A stretch of DNA of 64,000 bases, taken from Tubiluchus corallicola (Eukaryota; Animalia; Priapulida). Below the pieces are notes generated by a model. It did not search any database and was not told the origin of the DNA. It saw only the letters and a list, made by a program, of their open reading frames with translations. Location: contig JAQGDQ010000009.1 in the NCBI GenBank assembly GCA_030141605.1, positions 62,001 through 126,000 on the forward strand. The letters run 5' to 3'. Both the position numbers and the translations under genes were made by a program. Position 1 is the stretch's first letter. Every line of letters begins with the position of its first letter. This document shows positions 1 to 64,000 of this stretch, piece by piece.

Positions 1-745
1 GCCGTTATTACAGTATTTTAGTGGCATATTAAACGCATTACAGTGTTATGACATTATTTAATAGTAACATTATGCAATTCTAAGTTTTTTTGCAATTCAG
101 TCAAATTGGTATCTAAGAGACATAACACAAGATATAATCAATACATTGTGCCTTTTTGTAAAACCAACATAGCTAAACATTTTATAATATTTCAAGGACC
201 AAAAATCTGTAATGAGATCTGTCAATCTGCAAAAATAACAGCTTTATTACTAGATTTAAAAAATGCTAAAAAATCTAATTTGAAGTAAATACCAGAGAGT
301 AATCAAAACTTCTATCAGTATCCATCCTCACAGTGGTGGCAAAACAGTCCAGGTATCTTAATCAAGTTATCTTAATTTGCATACGCGCATGCCTAATATT
401 TTAACAAATAATAGTCTTTCTATCTTTTATATCATCTTATATATGACTTCATTCATCATATCATTCCATTCTGAAGCACTAAATGTTTTCCTTATTATGC
501 AATTTCCGGCTTATTTTAATTACTTTTTGTTTCTTTCACAGTGTGGAACAATCTAACAAGCCCTGCTTTTTGATTGCCCGCAACACATTTACATTTGTTT
601 ATAAGCAAACATGGTGTGAGGCTTTTCTTGTGCAGAGACAATAAAAATTTATTTGTATTGTGTTCATTGTAGGCCCTTTCACCATATATTGTACACGAAA
701 CTATTGTAAATGTGACATGTGAAATAAATGACTTATGACTTACTT
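1..745 (+). mobile_element. Degenerate 3' end of a CR1/L2-group LINE
   Basis: ORF 106-288 (HNTR...PFCKTNIAKHFIIFQGPKICNEI...) resembles the conserved ORF2 C-terminus of CR1/L2/Crack LINEs. It is followed by an AT-rich 3' region and aataaa plus a short tandem tail (tgactta) at ~723-745. Ends are approximate. Confidence 0.5.
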
Positions 746-2512
746 ATTATGTATATCATGTACGTACATAATTGCGTTCCTGTAGCGTGAGTAGACTGCA
801 GGACTATAGTTATTATACTGAAAAATGGTCATGCCATTTTATGCAAAGCTATAGAAAACTTTTCGCAAAACATGAGCATATAAAATCTTCGTTTTTTGAA
901 ATCTTTCTTCTGTTGCTGCTATTTTGTCTGCAAATCAAAAAGTCTTCCCAAGATTTTCCAACAGTGTCTTCAAGAAAATCACGTCCTGTAGCAGCCTAAT
1001 GTTACATTTTTAGTCAGTTAGTCAGGAGGAATTATTGTAAAAATGGGGGTTTGTGCCCAGTCGTTCTCACACATTTCTGAACTGTATGATGTGATCAACT
1101 CAAAACTAGGCTGGATAATTCTTTGGGATATGCCCCAGAACCTGCAGCAATAAAACCATTATTTTCAGGGTCCATCATAGTTAATTAATTAATTTTCAAA
1201 AGCCTGAAACTATGAAGTTACTTTGTATTTTTTTATCCACAAGAAGAGATAATTCGCCGTAATTAGTGAAAGTTCATTAAGAGGCATTCAAAAGAAAAGG
1301 CTTTACAAAAACTCGGCTACAACAAGTTATTGCCGTATTGGACTCTGCAGGATGCTCAGTATGGCCTGTTGAAATGCCAGCCCAATGATGATTTCTTAAC
1401 GTGATTAAGAGACTCATGGAGTCAATAATTCAAAATAAGAAGGTTGAATTCGATAGGGAATGCCTTAACGGTTACCACAGAAATCTCCTTCCTGTAGCTC
1501 TTGGAACAACAATTAAAACAGATGCAGTCAATTGCTCTATTGCAATTGCAGGAAATTTTTTTAAACCTAGCTCTACATTTGAGAAGCAGTGTATCGTGGA
1601 TCAAAACCATAGAGAAGCATGTTTAATATCAATAGGCCAAAGTTTTAGAACTCTATATACCCTGTATGATGACCATTTCAGGCTTTCAATTTCAAGTTAA
1701 TGAATATGTTCTTTAAAATTAGTATTAAAATCACACCCAGTTTCGTTGGTTTTGATAGATTTTGATGCGTGACAAATACATTATTATAGGTTTTCATAGA
1801 AATTGTTTTTAAAGATTTTATTAATTGTTCCTGTTCTTGCCTAGTAAACATTTCCGTAACCTTTTCCATAAACAGATGGTAAAGATAAATTTAATTACAT
1901 ATGACTTATTTATTTTGGATAATCAGTAATTAATCACTCTATTAATCCGCTGGTAATGTTTACGTAAGAAGTGCACGAAATGATGGAGCTGACTATCACT
2001 ATTATAGAAGTAGAATCAACAGCTATAGTTACAGTACAGTAGCAAACTAAGCGAAGCAAATGCACGCATGCACGTGTGTTTCAGCTTGCTTGCGATAATT
2101 CTCGAAAACGTTTGTAATTAAAATGATGATTAGCAGACTGTCGTATGATGAACTCATTATTAGAATAGTTTGAGTTGATCTATAAACAGACCAGAAAACC
2201 GAGGATAGATTACGCAAAAAGTACAGATCTTTAAGTTCTTGAATAATATACTTCTAAAACGACATACTACTAGAAGAAGTTTGGGGTGCACATGATTAGT
2301 ATACACGCTGCAACTCGCTAACTGGTGATGGTATTAGAGGTTATGAGAAGAGGTGAGACACGAAAAACAAACATGATGGGTGCGGGCTAAAAACACAGTT
2401 AGATTTACAGACAGGTTAGGTTGTATGGCACCCTCATGGTAGAAACAGCAGAGGGTGCTAGTGTTCAGAAGTGATCTCTAAAACTCTACATTGTGAAGAC
2501 GTTGCAATCCTG

Positions 2513-2584
2513 TTCATAAACAACCCACTATGTGTAGCTAAATAATAATAAGATCTAATATATAGTTAGTGGGTTGTTTATGAA
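2513..2584. repeat. Perfect 18-bp inverted repeat with a 36-nt spacer
   Basis: ttcataaacaacccacta (2513-2530) / tagtgggttgtttatgaa (2567-2584). Confidence 0.8.
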
Positions 2585-3737
2585 GTGGACATTGTTCTTG
2601 TTATAAAAAATTTAAAAGTGTTACGTTGCAATCTAACTCATCGATTAGTATTTACAGGTGTCGAAGGCCATGCTCACATTTTTCAGCCAGTCATCTTTAT
2701 TCTTCTGATGGTTTTTGAGCGTAATCCTAGTGGAAGGCTAACCATGGTTGGACCGTGGTCCTCCACAGCACTTAGTTCAAATTTCCTTCTTATGCTGTCT
2801 GTTTCATGGCTTATTTGGCTTTAAATTGATGGAAGTGGATATTGTTCCGATGATCGGAATGCTGAATTTGCAGGATACTCTTCCGATCATCGGAACTGCC
2901 ACTTGCACTGCAACTTTGCTGCGTTCAAGTTTCAATCATTGAAGCTGTAGAGTTTGCTCAGTGTGCTGTATACAAGTTCCAATCATTAAATTTGCTAGTA
3001 TTTTGCGATAATCGGAACCATGGCTACACTACTATACCCTGCACTCTAATCAACTCCCGCTTGAACTGGCACCCACACTTAAAGTGCTCTGAACAGGGCT
3101 TTTAGAGTTTTAGCTGGAAGAGCAGCCAATAGAAAATATGGTAGGGCAACGTCCCTGTCACAGTCAATGAATGTAGGTACACACAAGTAGTGAGGGTGTT
3201 TTTGTACAAATTATCCACAGGGTATAGATTGTTTAAAACTGAATTAAATAGTCTGGTTTGAAAATATATGAAATTTGTATAGTTATACAAGCTTTGCTTA
3301 TGCCTGGCAAAGCATAGTAAAGTGGCTTTTAAACCAACCCTGCCTGTCTTCTGAAAATAGAAGTCTGTGTCAGACAGTGCAGTATCACTGGGAAAAAAAT
3401 CGCCTGGGACCAGAATATTAAGAAATGGGTGGAAAGTTTGGGGTTCCCTCATATTATTGTAAATACATTTTAGAAAATACAACTGCATGAGATAATGTTA
3501 AAACCACAAAAGATTTATGTAGTGTAATTAAAGGGAGTAAAAAATGTATTTTTATTTCAAGGACAGTTAGTTAGTTTCTTATTAAATTTTTACGCTATGC
3601 ATGGATAAGGACAAAAATTTTACACTTTTGACTTATGATGCCTTCAAGTTTTAGCCCTTCCACATCATTGTGCAATGCAATTTGTTGTAACCAGTCTATC
3701 AAGTATTTGCCCGTTTATAGCATAAGGAATAAAAATT

Positions 3738-3940
3738 GGTGAAAATAATAAAACACTTTATTTTTACCTATGCAATTTCAAGATAAAGACTAATGAAAAC
3801 TAGAAAACTAAATCGTTATTTCAAGATGGTGAGGATCTTACAAGAAAAGATTAATGTTCTTTACCACATGCACATTCACTTAATTGATTTATTACATCCT
3901 GAAATTGCTTAGGTAAAAACAGTGTTTTATTATTTTCACC
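3738..3940. repeat. Inverted repeat with ~45-bp arms, MITE-like
   Basis: ggtgaaaataataaaacact..ttttacctatgcaatttca pairs with tgaaattgcttaggtaaaaacagtgttttattattttcacc. Confidence 0.65.
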
Positions 3941-4409
3941 AGGTCATTATTATTGCTTCTAGTTAGCACTTGCTTTATTAAAGAGGTTTAAATCACACTT
4001 GCTCAATACCTATTTTCTGTGATATTGAAAACACACTTAGCCAACAGTATTATTTTATATTGCATCATAGTTGTTTGTTGCAATCAGCAGAGCCAGAGAG
4101 CCATCATTGCTAGGTAGGCTACACGCATGCTAAAGCTTAACTGAAGTCACTGAAGGTGGAGCTGTGCAAACTTCATGTTTGAGAGTGTTTAGTGTTTACA
4201 CTGCAATTTTTCTGTGTTAAAAAGTTTCACTTTCATTTTTTGTATTTCAAATTATTCTTTTTTATATCTGCTAGGCTTAAACGGTCCTCGAAACACTAAC
4301 ACCATTCTCTTTACCGCTAAGGTTGGTAAAATTTGGAAAATGTCGGCTAATTCCGTGATTATTGGAAATTTATCTTTCATAGACCTGGTTCCGGCCTTTG
4401 GAACAATAC

Positions 4410-4560
4410 CTAAACTGATTTACAGCTTGAGTGACCACTGCCTCCCAGGAGGCAGGATAGACTATTCCAATGATCATTAATCTGTTGCAGAAAAACTGAG
4501 TGGATCGAGTGCTGTTTGGCATGTCCTTATTACATGTGCTGCTTGTGTATGAACAATTGA
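4410..4560 (-). mobile_element. Degenerate CR1-group LINE ORF2 C-terminal remnant
   Basis: The minus strand reads FFCNR-(frameshift)-NDHWNSL...VVTQAVNQFR, resembling the FFS.RV...WNSLP..VV.A.S.N.FK LINE motif. Confidence 0.4.
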
Positions 4561-6000
4561 GTAATTTGAGTTGCTTAAATGACAAGTTCTTACTCAAGTA
4601 ATCCTACCACCTCATGGAGTAAGCTGTTGTTCCAAGGGCTAAAAAACAATAGCTTTGTTTGATACGGGTAATTCTGGCTGAACTTTTTGTAATGTTACTA
4701 CATTTTTTTTGTATTGCACTGATAATTAGAAATTTAACTATTATCGTAACAGTCAGTATGCTAATGTTGTTATCTTATTAGAGTACACTGTAAAGCTTGC
4801 AAATTCCCGAGTTAGCACGGCTTTTAGAAAAAATTTGATTCCATTATTTATTCATTCAGTCGTCTGTCTCATTTTTTCCAACTTTTTAACTCCAATTGAG
4901 TTGAAATAACTCCAAAAGTATTTCCCCAAATTGAGTTAAAATTTGGGAGGATGATTAGCCAGAATATCCTTGTTTCAAGGATAAAAGATTTATAGCAATT
5001 TGCTAACCAGTTCATTAATTATAGCTGTTTACATTAATGATATTAAATTGATTTAAATTACGTTCTTCCGAGCTAAGATGTTGCTCGTTCAAAACAAAAA
5101 ATAGTATCAATTGGTTTGTTAGTTAACTAATTAGAGCTGTTTAATTAATTAACTTAAAATACTTTTACATTGCAAAACTGTATGGTGCCAAAAATTTTAT
5201 GTAACTTCATTCATTTGATTGCCTTTAGTCAGTTTTGGTGCATTTTAGTCTGTATTTGTCCTTGCAAAGCTTGATGTTTGGCTATTAAAGTTTTAGATTT
5301 TTTATGTGCTATCAAGCATTACAGTAAATATTTGATGACCTAACGGTCATCTAACTGCTTGGTCAAAGAAACAGTGTTTTTAAATGCCCTTTCTACAGAA
5401 TGGGAAGAACAACAGCAAGAAAACTCCTAAAAATTTAGTATATTCGTTGAGTAAACTCTCCTACTGAACGATATTTCCTTAACAGACGTCTTTATTTCCA
5501 TCAAAGAATCTACTGTGAGATCTTCTCGAAAATGATGAAAGAAAATTTTTTATACAGGTGTATTTTAAAATATAAAATACATCTATAAACCGGTTGTTAT
5601 AATATATGTAGGACGTTTGTAGAGCATGATTATTGTCCGTGTGTGAGATTGGTTGACACATGTTCTTACTTATTGCTACAGCTCATTGCGGCATTACTGT
5701 TATGGAAATGAATATTATCTGCAGACCACACTATTTTTGAGGTCAAAATGTGATCTTACGGTGCTGTCACAGAAATTGCAGCAGTTGCTAGCTGCTAAAT
5801 TTTTCATTATAGACGTGTAAAAAGAATTAATTAGCAACTACTTGTGGCGGTAAACTGTTGTTTAATTCTTGTTGTGGCAAGCTTTACAGATTTTAAATTG
5901 GCACAGTGCAAGTGTTGTAAATCTAGGTATTAATATAACTAGATTTGTTTTTATTGTTCTTGCATCCTGTATCTTCTTCTGTATACAGAGTTTATGTATA

Positions 6001-6039
6001 TTGTGTTTTAGGGTGATTAGCTTTTGAATCTGTACCACA
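6001..6039 (+). promoter_or_regulatory. Splice acceptor just upstream of the HEATR1 start codon, implying a non-coding first exon further 5'
   Basis: ttgtgttttag|ggtg with AG at 6010-6011, 28 nt before ATG 6040. The upstream exon and promoter were not located with confidence. Confidence 0.5.

Positions 6040-64000
<57,961 letters not shown>

Noticed and set aside
4150-4385. Minus-strand MKDKFPIITELADIFQILPTLAVKRM as an exon of a divergent neighbouring gene
   Set aside because: No further exons could be linked. It faintly resembles a decayed hAT dimerisation domain and abuts a LINE remnant, so it was not called.

Overview
AT-rich, intron-rich animal genomic DNA, most likely an invertebrate protostome (inferred from the receptor families, not established). 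The window is dominated by one + strand gene, HEATR1/UTP10 (SSU-processome HEAT-repeat protein). I assembled 42 coding exons by hand from ATG 6040 to the window edge. All introns are GT-AG, the phases are consistent, and the exons give about 2,125 codons, with the last exon running off the end. Five genes with single-exon CDSs are nested antisense in its introns. One is a rhodopsin-class peptide-receptor-like GPCR (intron 15). The other four form a tandem array of compact (~455 aa), ATD-less ionotropic-receptor (IR/iGluR-like) channels in the 17.5-kb intron 20. The introns also carry a 5'-truncated RTE LINE with a TSD, LINE and Tc1/mariner remnants, several MITE families and minisatellites. 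One minisatellite is a ~1.2-kb tandem amplification of a HEATR1 splice-donor site. No prokaryotic features, CRISPR arrays or confident RNA genes were found.
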